Below are positions 54,959 through 64,000 of a stretch of DNA of 64,000 bases, piece by piece. Under the pieces are notes generated by a model. That model saw only the letters and a list, made by a program, of their open reading frames with translations. It did no database searches and had not been told where the DNA came from. The first letter of the stretch is position 1. Every line of letters begins with the position of its first letter. The stretch is from Meiothermus sp. (GTDB lineage Bacteria > Deinococcota > Deinococci > Deinococcales > Thermaceae): assembly GCA_033762915.1 (NCBI GenBank), contig JANRLD010000031.1:1-64000 (forward strand). The letters are read 5' to 3'. The translations under genes and the position numbers were made by a program.

Positions 54959-56359
54959 ATGCGAAAGATGTTGTTACCTTTTGCCGGTGCACTTCTTCTT
55001 GCCGCGTGTAGCCAACAGGGCACCGACGCCGGGCTCCGGATGGACAACTGGATCCAAAAGCAGAGTCTCGACCCCCAGCGCTACATGGTGCTGCTCAAGA
55101 ACAACAGAATGACGGGTGAGGCACTCAGCGGTTTGCAGGCGGCGGGCGGTCAAGTGGTTCGCACCTTACCCCAGGTCGGCATCGCGGTCGTGGTTTCTAG
55201 CAGCCCCACTTTTGCCGCCAACGCCGCCAAGGTCGCCGACATTCAGGCGGTGGCCGCCTCCTTCGCCGAGGCGCTCCCGCAAGCCGTCGCTGAGGACGTA
55301 GCCGTGCCAGAAGGCCCCACCGCCGCTGACAACCTTTACAACAGCGGGCTGCTCTGGGGCATCCAGCGCATTCACGCCCCCGAAGCCTGGGCACGGGGCG
55401 TGACCGGCTCCAAGAACACGGTGGTGGCCGTGATTGACACGGGCATCGCCACCAACCACCCCGACCTTGCCCCCAACATAGTGTTCACCGCCTGCTACTC
55501 TTCGCTGCCCACCTGCAACCCCTACCCGTCCCTCAGCGACCACGGCACCCACGTGGCCGGCACCGTCGCGGCGGCCTTCGGGGGTGGTCGGGTGGTCGGA
55601 GTCGGCCCCAACCTGGGGTTGGCAGGCTACAACACCTTCGAGAGCATCCCTGGGTGTGGCGTCTGCTCCTACACCGATTCGCGATGGGCGGCCATGATTG
55701 ACGCTGCCGATCGTGGCTTCGAGGTCATCAACATGAGCTTGGGCTCCCGCGGCCAGTTCGGCGGGGGCAGAGGTACCAACGACCTGGCCACCTTCGTGGC
55801 GGCCGACAACCGGGTGGCCGACTACGTCATCCGCAGGGGAACCACCATCGTCGCCTCGGCGGGCAATTCGGCCCTAGACCTCAACGGCACGTGGATCAAC
55901 CTGCCCGGCGGCCTCACTGGCATCATGAACATCGGGGCTACCGGCATTCGCCCCAACCCCCGCTATCAGCCGGGCGTCTCGACCGACGTTAAGTCGTTCT
56001 TCAGCAATTACGGGGCTTCTCTGGCGCTGGCCGCCCCTGGCGGCGACTGCGGCCTGCCCAACGACTGCAACCCGGCCACCCGCCCAGCCAACTATGCCGA
56101 GCATCTGGTGCTGAGCACCATCGTCGCCCCCAACCCCACTTGCGCCGCTACCCAGAGCTGCCCCATCGGCTACGGCTGGAAGGCCGGTACCAGCATGGCC
56201 GCCCCGCACGTGGCGGGCGTGGCGGGTTTGGTCAAGGACGTAAACCCCGGCCTGAGCCCCCAGCAGGTGTCGGCCCTCATCCGCCGCACCGCCGAGCCGC
56301 TGGGCGACAACCAGCGGTTCGGCGCGGGCATGGTAGATGCCAACGCGGCCACCCGATAA
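54959..56359 (+). CDS. S8 (subtilisin-like) serine peptidase lipoprotein
   Basis: lipobox LAAC; catalytic VIDTG, HGTHVAG, GTSMAAPHVAG; GGAGG RBS. Confidence 0.93.
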   Translation: MRKMLLPFAGALLLAACSQQGTDAGLRMDNWIQKQSLDPQRYMVLLKNNRMTGEALSGLQAAGGQVVRTLPQVGIAVVVSSSPTFAANAAKVADIQAVAASFAEALPQAVAEDVAVPEGPTAADNLYNSGLLWGIQRIHAPEAWARGVTGSKNTVVAVIDTGIATNHPDLAPNIVFTACYSSLPTCNPYPSLSDHGTHVAGTVAAAFGGGRVVGVGPNLGLAGYNTFESIPGCGVCSYTDSRWAAMIDAADRGFEVINMSLGSRGQFGGGRGTNDLATFVAADNRVADYVIRRGTTIVASAGNSALDLNGTWINLPGGLTGIMNIGATGIRPNPRYQPGVSTDVKSFFSNYGASLALAAPGGDCGLPNDCNPATRPANYAEHLVLSTIVAPNPTCAATQSCPIGYGWKAGTSMAAPHVAGVAGLVKDVNPGLSPQQVSALIRRTAEPLGDNQRFGAGMVDANAATR

Positions 56360-56373
56360 ACTGATTATCTCTA

Positions 56374-56408
56374 AGGGAGGCCCACCCAGCGGGCCTCCCT
56401 GCACTTTT
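56374..56408 (+). terminator. terminator hairpin after the S8 peptidase
   Basis: AGGGAGGCCC-acccagc-GGGCCTCCCT. Confidence 0.65.
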
Positions 56409-56591
56409 CGTCCTAGCTTAACGCCGTAACTTCCAGGTAAATGGGATTGTCCCATTCTTGGTGGACACCGACAGCCGCCCGGTTCGGCAGCTCCTCGAGG
56501 TCAACAAGGTTCACGGCAACCAGGCCAAGCGGGGCAAGGAGAGGGCCAAACGAACGACCCGCCCGACGTCGGGCGGGTCGAAACAAGCTGC

Positions 56592-56828
56592 CTAGGCGGC
56601 TTTGGGCTTCTGCACGAAGCGCAGTACGAAGTAAACCACTGCCGCCACCACCAGCACCGGCACCAGCAGGGTCAGCAAGCGCCAGATAAAGCCCGCGATG
56701 GCCGAGAGGACGCCACCCAGGAAGGTGAACAGCCAGCCGCCCACCCACAGCACCAGCAGCACCGCCACCACAATGAGGAGACCCAGCACAATCCACTCGA
56801 GGATGTCCTGTATAGACCGTTCGTTCAT
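56592..56828 (-). CDS. small hydrophobic membrane protein
   Basis: 78 aa, two TM helices, host-like codon usage. Confidence 0.7.
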   Translation of the reverse strand: MNERSIQDILEWIVLGLLIVVAVLLVLWVGGWLFTFLGGVLSAIAGFIWRLLTLLVPVLVVAAVVYFVLRFVQKPKAA

Positions 56829-56952
56829 GGGTTAACGATAGCACAAACCGGCGGGGCGTTTGGTTCCGGCCCCACAAGAATCCGGCCACGATGTGCGATA
56901 AGCGGCAAACCATGAGAGCTTTGGCCGAAGGCCGGCGCCCTGCGCTTTGCGT

Positions 56953-57630
56953 TCAGCGCTCCACCGGCAGATCCCCCTCGGCTTCCCACTCGAGCATGCT
57001 CCCCAGGTAATTTTTGGCCCGGATGCCCTGATCACGCAGCACCCAGAAGGCCGAGGCGCTGCGGGCGCCGCTGCGGCAGTGGACCCCCACTTCCTCGCCC
57101 GCCTGCAGGCCCAGCTGGGCCACGATACCCTGGCCGAACTGACCCAGCGGGACGTTCCGGGCTCCGGGGATGTGCCCGGCGGCGAACTCGTGGGCCTCGC
57201 GCACGTCGAAGAGCTTGGGCTCGTTGAGGGCCTCGTCGGCGGTGAGGAGGATGGAGCGGTCGAGCTTGGCCCAGGGCCGGGTGGGGGCGGGCTGGGCGGG
57301 GGCGGTCTCGGTGGCCTGGGCCTCCCAGCCCTGCGGCCAGAGGTGTACGGTCAGGCCACCCAGCGCCAGCATGAAGGCGGTCTTGGCCAGGCGGGTGTTG
57401 AGACCGCTGTCGTAGACCACCACGGCCCGGTCCTGGCTGGCCCCGAGCCTGGAGTTGAGGTCGGCCAGGGCCTGCTCGAGGTTGGCCAGCTCCTGCTCAG
57501 TACGCAGCCTCGAGCGGAAGCTCGAGAGGTCGGCGTTTATCGCCCCTGGGAGGTGACCTTGGGCGTACTCCTCGGGCGGGCGGCTGTCGATCAGCAAGGC
57601 GCTTTCGGGTGGGTTGCCGGTGAGGATCAT
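56953..57630 (-). CDS. two-domain rhodanese / sulfurtransferase
   Basis: DSRPPEEYAQGHLPGA, DVREAHEFAAGHIPGA, CRSGARS, YLGSMLEW. Confidence 0.9.
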   Translation of the reverse strand: MILTGNPPESALLIDSRPPEEYAQGHLPGAINADLSSFRSRLRTEQELANLEQALADLNSRLGASQDRAVVVYDSGLNTRLAKTAFMLALGGLTVHLWPQGWEAQATETAPAQPAPTRPWAKLDRSILLTADEALNEPKLFDVREAHEFAAGHIPGARNVPLGQFGQGIVAQLGLQAGEEVGVHCRSGARSASAFWVLRDQGIRAKNYLGSMLEWEAEGDLPVER

Positions 57631-57765
57631 GGGGAAGATTGTATAGCCTCGAGCAATGAGGAACGGTGGGGGGCGGGGAGAACCACAACCCCGAGGTTGA
57701 CGACCGACCCTGTTTCGCCCCCAACTTCCCCCGCACCGCCATCGGCTTTGTCATAATGGCGCGGA

Positions 57766-59406
57766 ATGTCTGCCACCCTGCCCGCCAGCCCGACCGGGGC
57801 CGCCGCCAAAGCCTTGGGGGCCTACTACACCGACGCGCTGGTGGCGGAGTACTTGGTGGGGTGGGCAGTGCGGGGGGCAGCGGACCGGGTGATGGACCCC
57901 TCGTTCGGCGGGGGGGTCTTTTTGCGGGCGGCCTGCGAGCGGCTAACGGAGCTGGGCGGCGACCCCACCGCGCAGGTCTTCGGGGTCGAACTCGACCCAC
58001 AGACGCACCAGCAGACCCGCCGGGCGCTCGAGGTCATCCGCCCGCAGAACCTGATTCACAGCGACTTCTTCGCGGTCGAGCCGGGGCAGCTGCGGCCCCT
58101 CGAGGCCGTGGTGGGCAACCCGCCGTTCATCCGCTTTCAGCGCTTCACCGGCGAGGCCAGGGCCAGGGCGCTGGCCAGGGCCGCCGCTCAGGGCGTACAG
58201 CTCAGCAGGCTGGCGAGTTCGTGGGCGGCATTTCTGGTTCACTCGACGGCGCTGCTGCGGCCCGGCGGGCGGCTGGCGATGGTGGTGCCGGCCGAGCTGG
58301 GCCACGCCAGCTACGCCCGGCCCGTCCTCGAGCACCTCCTGCGCTCGTTCGAACAGGTGCAGATCATCCGGTTCGGGCGGACCCTGTTCCCCGAGATCAG
58401 CCAGGACACGGTGCTGGTTCTGGCCGAAGGACGGGGGAGTCGGAGGGGACCCGCGCTTCTCGAGCTGCGCGATCTGGCAAGCGCCGAGGACCTGGGCAAG
58501 GCCCACCCGACCGGACAGGCAGTGGAGGTCTCGAGGCTGCTCGAGGGCCGGGAACGGCTGATCGAGTACCACCTTTCGCCCGAGCTGCGGGGGCTATACC
58601 GGGCGGTGGGGGGGTCGGGGCGTACGGCGCGGCTGGGCCAGGTGGCGGACGTAGGGATCGGCTACGTGACCGGCAACAACGACTACTTCCACCTGAGCCC
58701 GGAACAGGCCGGGCGGCTCAAAATCCCCGGGCGGTTTCTGCGGGCGGCAGTGCGGCGGGGGCGGGCGCTGCGGGGCCTCGAGTTCGGCCCCGGAGACTGG
58801 GCGGCCGGGCTGGTCAGCGGTGAGGCAGGGTACCTGCTGCACGTCGCGCCGGAGGCCCGGCTGCCGGGGGCGCTGCGGGACTACATCGAGCAGGGCCGGC
58901 GGCAGGGCGTGCACCTGGCCTACAAGTGCCGCGTCCGCGAGCCCTGGTACGCCGTGCCGCACGTCCACCGGCCCCAGGCCTTCCTCAGCTACATGAGCGG
59001 GGTGGTGCCGCACCTGGTCGCCAACACGGCGGGCGCGGTGGCCCCCAACAGCCTGCACCTGGTGCGCTCGAGCTGGTTCAGCGGACTGGCGCTGGCGGCG
59101 CTGTGGCAGACCTCGCTGGCCCGGCTCAGCGCCGAGTTGGAGGGCCATCCCATGGGCGGGGGGATGCTCAAGCTCGAGCCCGGCGAGGCCGAGAACGTCC
59201 GGCTGCCGCTGCCCGAGCTAGCGGCGGAGCGGCTCGAGGAACTGGCCCGCGAACTGGACGCGCTGCTGCGGGCGGGCCGGGCGGCGGAGGCGGAGGCTCT
59301 AGCCGACCGCGCCTTACTGATGGACGGTTTGGGGCTATCCGGAACCGACTGTGCCCTGCTGCGGGAGGGCGCGGCGGGGCTGCGGGAGCGCCGCCGCACC
59401 CGCTGA
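57766..59406 (+). CDS. N6-adenine DNA methyltransferase (gamma class), orphan
   Basis: GAYYT, motif I DPSFGGG, motif IV GNPPF, C-terminal target-recognition region; no adjacent endonuclease. Confidence 0.88.
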   Translation: MSATLPASPTGAAAKALGAYYTDALVAEYLVGWAVRGAADRVMDPSFGGGVFLRAACERLTELGGDPTAQVFGVELDPQTHQQTRRALEVIRPQNLIHSDFFAVEPGQLRPLEAVVGNPPFIRFQRFTGEARARALARAAAQGVQLSRLASSWAAFLVHSTALLRPGGRLAMVVPAELGHASYARPVLEHLLRSFEQVQIIRFGRTLFPEISQDTVLVLAEGRGSRRGPALLELRDLASAEDLGKAHPTGQAVEVSRLLEGRERLIEYHLSPELRGLYRAVGGSGRTARLGQVADVGIGYVTGNNDYFHLSPEQAGRLKIPGRFLRAAVRRGRALRGLEFGPGDWAAGLVSGEAGYLLHVAPEARLPGALRDYIEQGRRQGVHLAYKCRVREPWYAVPHVHRPQAFLSYMSGVVPHLVANTAGAVAPNSLHLVRSSWFSGLALAALWQTSLARLSAELEGHPMGGGMLKLEPGEAENVRLPLPELAAERLEELARELDALLRAGRAAEAEALADRALLMDGLGLSGTDCALLREGAAGLRERRRTR

Positions 59407-59543
59407 GGCTCGAGCAAGCTCGGCCGCGCACCACCTGCGGGAACCGCTACGGCCAAGGCGGCTTAGCGCGATGAGAGAACGCAGCCACGACCTGCCCTGG
59501 CGCTACTCCTCACGGGCGTCGCGGGCATCCGGCATGGAGATGG

Positions 59544-60986
59544 TTATGTCTGCGGCTGCGGGCGCTTGGAGCGCGAGCGCCTGCGGCGGCGGCGCTTGGG
59601 GGCCTCGCCCTGACCCTGGGCCGCAGCGACGGGCTTGGCGGCCTGGGCGGCGGGCTGGGCGCCCGGCTGTGCAGCGGGCCTGGGTGGCTGGGGTTTGGAC
59701 GGCGGCTTGGGGCCTTGAGGCTTCTGCGCCTTCTGCGGCGCGGCGGCCTGGGCGGCTTGGGCCCGCTGCTCCTTGGCGGCCTTGTTGGCCCGGGCCTGCG
59801 CCCGCTGCTCGCGCAGGGCGGCCATGCGCTCGGCAATGGGTACCTCGAGCTTTTGCTGGGGCTTGGCCCGGTAGTCGAAGTTCTCGAGGGTGAGGCGCTC
59901 GAGGCGCTTGTTGATGGCCCGCTCGATGTCGCGCAGTTGGGGCTCCTCGTCGGGGGCCACAAAGGTGAACGCCTCGCCGGTGCGCTCGGCGCGGGCGGTG
60001 CGCCCCACGCGGTGGATGTAGTCCTCGGGCACCGCAGGCACGTCGAAGTTGATGACGTGCTCGAGGGCCTCCACATCGATTCCGCGCGCGGCGATGTCGG
60101 TGGCCACCAGCACGCGATACTTGCCCGACTTGAAGCCCGCCAGGGCCTCGGTGCGCTGGCTCTGCGAGCGGTTGCCGTGAATTCGCTCGGCCTTCACGCC
60201 CTGCTTGATCAGGAACTCGGCCACCCGGTTGGCGCGGTGCTTGGTGCGGGTGAAAACGATGGCCTGCGTCACCTGGGTGTCCAGCAGCTTCAAAAGCAGC
60301 CCCGACTTGAGCTCCTGGGGCACCGGGTAGACCGCCTGGGTCACCCCACTGGCAGGCGCGGCCTTGCGCTCGACGTTGATGGTGAAGGGGTCGCGGAGTA
60401 GCTCCTTGGCGAGCTGGGCGATGGGCTCGGGCATGGTGGCCGAGAAGAAGAGGGTCTGCTGGGGCTTGGGGATGTGCCGCAGCACCCGCCGTATGTCGGG
60501 CAAGAAGCCCATGTCAAGCATCCGGTCGGCCTCATCAAAGACCAGCACCTCGAGGCCCGCCAGTTTCGCGTACGGCTGGCTGAAGTGATCCAGCAGCCGC
60601 CCCGGCGTGGCCACGATCACCTCGACCCCATTCTTGAAGGCGGCGACCTGCGGCGCCATCCCCACCCCGCCGAAGACCGCCGCGCTGCGCACGCCGCTGC
60701 CCTTGCCCAGCAGCTCGAACTGCTCCTGCACCTGCATGGTCAGCTCGCGGGTAGGGGTGAGCACCAGCGCCCGGGTGACCCCCCGGGGGCCGTTCATCAG
60801 CCGCTGGAGGATCGGCAGCGCGAAGGCCGCGGTCTTGCCGCTGCCGGTCATGGCGCAGGCCAGCAGGTCGCGGCCCGCCAGGGCAGCCGGGATGGCCTGG
60901 GTCTGGATAGGGGTGGGTTGGGCGTAGCCCATCTGCTCGACCGAGCGCAGCAGCTTGGGGTGGAGGGAAAGTTCGGAAAAAGTCAT
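59544..60986 (-). CDS. DEAD-box RNA helicase (RhlE-like)
   Basis: Q motif, TGSGKT, PTREL, TPGRL, DEAD, SAT, ARGID, HRVGRTAR; basic tail. Confidence 0.95.
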   Translation of the reverse strand: MTFSELSLHPKLLRSVEQMGYAQPTPIQTQAIPAALAGRDLLACAMTGSGKTAAFALPILQRLMNGPRGVTRALVLTPTRELTMQVQEQFELLGKGSGVRSAAVFGGVGMAPQVAAFKNGVEVIVATPGRLLDHFSQPYAKLAGLEVLVFDEADRMLDMGFLPDIRRVLRHIPKPQQTLFFSATMPEPIAQLAKELLRDPFTINVERKAAPASGVTQAVYPVPQELKSGLLLKLLDTQVTQAIVFTRTKHRANRVAEFLIKQGVKAERIHGNRSQSQRTEALAGFKSGKYRVLVATDIAARGIDVEALEHVINFDVPAVPEDYIHRVGRTARAERTGEAFTFVAPDEEPQLRDIERAINKRLERLTLENFDYRAKPQQKLEVPIAERMAALREQRAQARANKAAKEQRAQAAQAAAPQKAQKPQGPKPPSKPQPPRPAAQPGAQPAAQAAKPVAAAQGQGEAPKRRRRRRSRSKRPQPQT

Positions 60987-61202
60987 GGTTTATGCGCGGC
61001 CCGCGGGCCAGTAGCATTCCATGATACCGCACCGGGCGTGCAGGCGTCCGGAGCGCGGTTACGGTTGGGGAATTGAGAGAGGGGCTCTGGATATTAAAAC
61101 AACGCCAAAGTTACCACGTACCTAAGAAGAAGCAACTTGGGATAAGATTAAGTTACTCGAACGGTGGCGGAATACTGTGAATCAGTAGCTGAGGTATGAA
61201 AA

Positions 61203-61643
61203 ATGGACTCGAAAACCTATGAAAAACTAGTAACGTTAATATCGGGAAAGCTAACAAATAATAGTAAGTTGATAGATTCCGGTCAGCGCAAATTCGGAAA
61301 AGACAATCTGTGGGAAGGAGCATCGGGTTTTCGTCATCAGATAGACGTCTCTATTCACGATGACACGGACATATTGTTGATCGAGTGCAAAAGTTGGACA
61401 AACAAGGTAAGAGCAATAGAGTATCTAACACTCATGGGTCGCCTCATTGACATCAAAGGCAATCCAGCATGTGCAAATCATAATGTTAGGGGTGCGATTG
61501 TAACGACGGTAGGATGGCAACGCGGAGTTGAGAAACTTGTAAAGCACTACTCTCAATCGTGTTCTGTATTTATAGTTGGGAAAGATGGTCAAATCAAGGA
61601 AATGATCCATACCCACTATGTTAACTTTGCATCTGTGTTGTAG
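61203..61643 (+). CDS. PD-(D/E)xK restriction-endonuclease-like protein (Mrr_cat-like), low GC
   Basis: YEKLV...GASGFRHQIDV...LIECK...GAIVTT; AT-rich island. Confidence 0.7.
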   Translation: MDSKTYEKLVTLISGKLTNNSKLIDSGQRKFGKDNLWEGASGFRHQIDVSIHDDTDILLIECKSWTNKVRAIEYLTLMGRLIDIKGNPACANHNVRGAIVTTVGWQRGVEKLVKHYSQSCSVFIVGKDGQIKEMIHTHYVNFASVL

Positions 61644-61746
61644 TCTTCAAAACTCCCATTTGATGTTATTGAGTCTTCACTAGTTCGCTAACATCAAAGC
61701 TTTCGGTGATCAGGCCCCTTGAGCCCCAACTCACCATGCCGAAACC

Positions 61747-61894
61747 TTTCATCCTGAGGGTAGCAAAGGATCTCCGAAGGGCGTCAGTGTAGCCAATTCA
61801 CTGTTGGAGGTAATGGTCCTTTTCGCAACAACGAATTGGCGTGTGTTCGCCCTTCGTAGATGTTTCGCTGCACTACGCTCCGCTCAACATGACA
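61747..61894. repeat. family-D REP-doublet-like element, copy 1
   Basis: TCATCCTGAG...GGATCT / AGATGTTTCGCT...CGCTCAACATGACA; collinear with 63051-63193. Confidence 0.75.
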
Positions 61895-62044
61895 ATGGCG
61901 TTAGCAAGATGGTTGACGGGTGTTGAGGTCGCCGTTGTTGACTACTGAATCAGCTCAGGTGCCCCAATCTGTTGGACTCAATCCCACCCCAAGCGTATCC
62001 ACCGCCCTAGACTCCCCTCACCCCCGCCGCGATACTGCGCCCTG

Positions 62045-62995
62045 ATGACCGCCCTCGAGCTGCCCTACCAGCCCATCCACGCCTCGCTCTACACCCGACA
62101 AGAGCTGTTCGCTGGCTTCGATTCCTCCGATCCCGGCTCCTTCGCCCGCACGCCCGACTTCGCCATCTACCGCCACGCCGTCGGCGAAGGGGGCTACCTG
62201 CCGCGCAATCCCTACGTGGGGATGATGCAGGCCCTGCACGACACCTCCATCACCCAGGCCACCCAGGCCTTCATCGCGGGGCGGCGGGTGGCGGGGATCA
62301 TGGGTGGGCACAAGCTGCCCCGCGACTCGGCCGCCTACCGGCAGGTGGCCCTGCTGGCGCGGCGGCTAACCCGCGACGGCATCCTGGTGTGTACGGGCGG
62401 CGGCCCCGGCGGGATGGAGGCCGCTCACCTCGGCGCGGCGCTGGCCAACCGCCCGGACGCCGACCTCGAGGCCGCCCTACAGCACCTCGGTGCACAGCCC
62501 GCCGTGCCCGCCCTCAAGCACATCGTGCGCCCCGACGGCACTCCCGACCTCGAGCTGGTCCGGCCGGCCCACGCCTGGTTTCGGCCCGCCCTCGAGATCG
62601 CCGAATCCATCCCCGACCCCGGCCAGAGCCTCGCCGTTCCCACCTGGCACTACGGCCACGAGCCCACCACCCCCCTCGCCACCCACATCGCCAAGTATTT
62701 CCAGAACAGCATCCGCGAGGACGGCCTGCTGGCCATCGCCAAGGCCGGCGTGGTCTTCGCCCAGGGCAAGGCGGGCACCATCCAGGAGATCTTCCAGGAC
62801 GCCACCCAGAACTTCTACCGCACCCTCGGCGACTTCAGCCCGATGGTACTGCTGGGCACGAAGTACTGGACCGACGACTACCCTGTGGTGCCGGTGCTGC
62901 AAAAACTCTTCAGCCCCGACGACTTCTCCCGGTACGTCCGCGTGACCGACGACATAGACCAAGCGGCGGATTTTCTCGAGGGTTTCGGGGCTTGA
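62045..62995 (+). CDS. LOG/SLOG-family Rossmann-fold nucleotide-binding protein
   Basis: MGGH, TGGGPGGMEAA, PTWHYGHEP, KYFQNSIRE, GKAGTIQEIF. Confidence 0.85.
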   Translation: MTALELPYQPIHASLYTRQELFAGFDSSDPGSFARTPDFAIYRHAVGEGGYLPRNPYVGMMQALHDTSITQATQAFIAGRRVAGIMGGHKLPRDSAAYRQVALLARRLTRDGILVCTGGGPGGMEAAHLGAALANRPDADLEAALQHLGAQPAVPALKHIVRPDGTPDLELVRPAHAWFRPALEIAESIPDPGQSLAVPTWHYGHEPTTPLATHIAKYFQNSIREDGLLAIAKAGVVFAQGKAGTIQEIFQDATQNFYRTLGDFSPMVLLGTKYWTDDYPVVPVLQKLFSPDDFSRYVRVTDDIDQAADFLEGFGA

Positions 62996-63040
62996 AGGTG
63001 TTGCGCTGCTGGTAAAGGGCTGGCCTCGAGCCCCAACCCA

Positions 63041-63203
63041 CCAACACCGTTGTCATCCTGAGCGAAGGATCTCCTCACGGCGTCAGGGTCGCCCGTTCGC
63101 TGTTGGCGGTGACCGTCTTTTTCGCAACATTGAATTAGCCTGTGTTCGCCCTTCGTAGATGTTTCGCTCCACGTTGTTTCGCTCAACATGACAGTGATGT
63201 TGG
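63041..63203. repeat. family-D REP-doublet-like element, copy 2
   Basis: TGTCATCCTGAGCGAA...TTCGCTCAACATGACA TIR, extended by CCAACAC/ATGTTGG. Confidence 0.78.
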
Positions 63204-63244
63204 TGAATTGCGTTACTGGTGGTGTTGCGGCCAAGCTTGCTGAA

Positions 63245-64000
63245 TCAGCTCAGGTGGCCCAGCCCGTTGGCCTCGAGCAGCTCCCGCACCATCACCTTCG
63301 CGCCGCGCCGCACCGACTCCTCGGCGGCCACGCCGATGACCACGCTCCAGAAGCCCTCCTCGGGGGTGGCGGCGCTGTTGGGTTTGCCATCCATCGCAGC
63401 GATCCAGCGCAGGTGCTCGTAGTAGGTGCCGCCGTTGTGGCCGGTGTCCTCGATGGCGGTGGGGTAGCTGGGGGTCATGGTGCGGGAGGTCTTTTCTGGG
63501 GTGCAGATTACCTCGAGGTAACTGCCCCACTGCGAGTGGGCCTGCCCGTTAAAGCCCTCACTGGCCTTGAGGCGGCCCTCGTCGCCGCACAGCACCAGCT
63601 CCTCGTAGACCATAGGGGAGAACATGCACAAGTTGAAGTTGGCCCGCACCCCGTTGGCATACTCCACGATCACGAAGGCGTTGTCCAGGATGTCCGAGCG
63701 CTCGCCATCCTTCTCAAACTCCTTGAAGTTCACCGCCTGGCTGCCGCTGGCGTAGACGCTCACCGGGCGCGACTCGGCGAAGAGGTTGAAGAGGTCGAAG
63801 TAGTGGCAGCACTTCTCCACCAGCGTCCCCCCAGAGAACTTGGAAAACTTGTTCCACTGCTTCACCTTGTCCAAGAAGGGCTCGCGGTGCTCAAGAATGG
63901 TGATGGTGTGGAGCTGGCCCAGACTCTTGCGGGTCTTGGCCTCGTGGATGGCCTCGACATAGATGGGCTTGTAGCGGTACTGGAGGCCGATCTGGAGGGT
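63245..64000 (-). CDS. Gfo/Idh/MocA-family oxidoreductase, C-terminal part (runs off the window)
   Basis: frame open to the window edge: GLQYRY...EHR...GGTLVEKCCHYFD. Confidence 0.85.
   Translation of the reverse strand, partial: TLQIGLQYRYKPIYVEAIHEAKTRKSLGQLHTITILEHREPFLDKVKQWNKFSKFSGGTLVEKCCHYFDLFNLFAESRPVSVYASGSQAVNFKEFEKDGERSDILDNAFVIVEYANGVRANFNLCMFSPMVYEELVLCGDEGRLKASEGFNGQAHSQWGSYLEVICTPEKTSRTMTPSYPTAIEDTGHNGGTYYEHLRWIAAMDGKPNSAATPEEGFWSVVIGVAAEESVRRGAKVMVRELLEANGLGHLS

Noticed and set aside
57766..61643. MTase plus Mrr-like nuclease as one restriction-modification system
   Set aside because: They are separated by a housekeeping helicase and differ sharply in base composition, implying separate origins.
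61687..61905. GCTAAC...GTTAGC as an integron attC site after the low-GC nuclease
   Set aside because: The span is too long, no L boxes are recognisable, there is no integrase or cassette array, and the interior is the family-D repeat.

Overview
GC-rich bacterial chromosomal window, most likely from a Meiothermus-like member of the Thermaceae (Deinococcota). This is an inference from strong CTCGAG over-representation, many leaderless genes (TANNNT 6 nt before the start codon), spoVS, and a gltB with no adjacent gltD. It holds about 57 CDSs: housekeeping and metabolic genes (acs, msrA, rhamnose catabolism, tsaE, recX, cysS, gltB, DEAD-box helicase), a family-B DNA polymerase, a [NiFe]-hydrogenase maturation cluster (hypC-hypC2-hypD // hypE-SIS-glutaredoxin-hypF) with no structural genes in the window, a type II TA pair, an orphan N6-adenine methyltransferase and two low-GC orphan genes. 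Intergenic DNA is dense with at least five families of short palindromic repeats/MITEs; some are nested, some duplicate stop codons as TNA target sites, and some sit in-frame in genes. Best leads: (1) a leaderless 7-codon peptide ending in Cys, with mutually exclusive hairpins, upstream of cysS; (2) a CutF/CruR-like PPPR-ending leader ORF plus hairpin upstream of a DUF305/CopM-like gene, inserted in the hyp cluster; (3) the nested, stop-codon-targeting MITE family; (4) CTCGAG iteration alongside an orphan MTase. No rRNA, tRNA, CRISPR array or transposase was seen.
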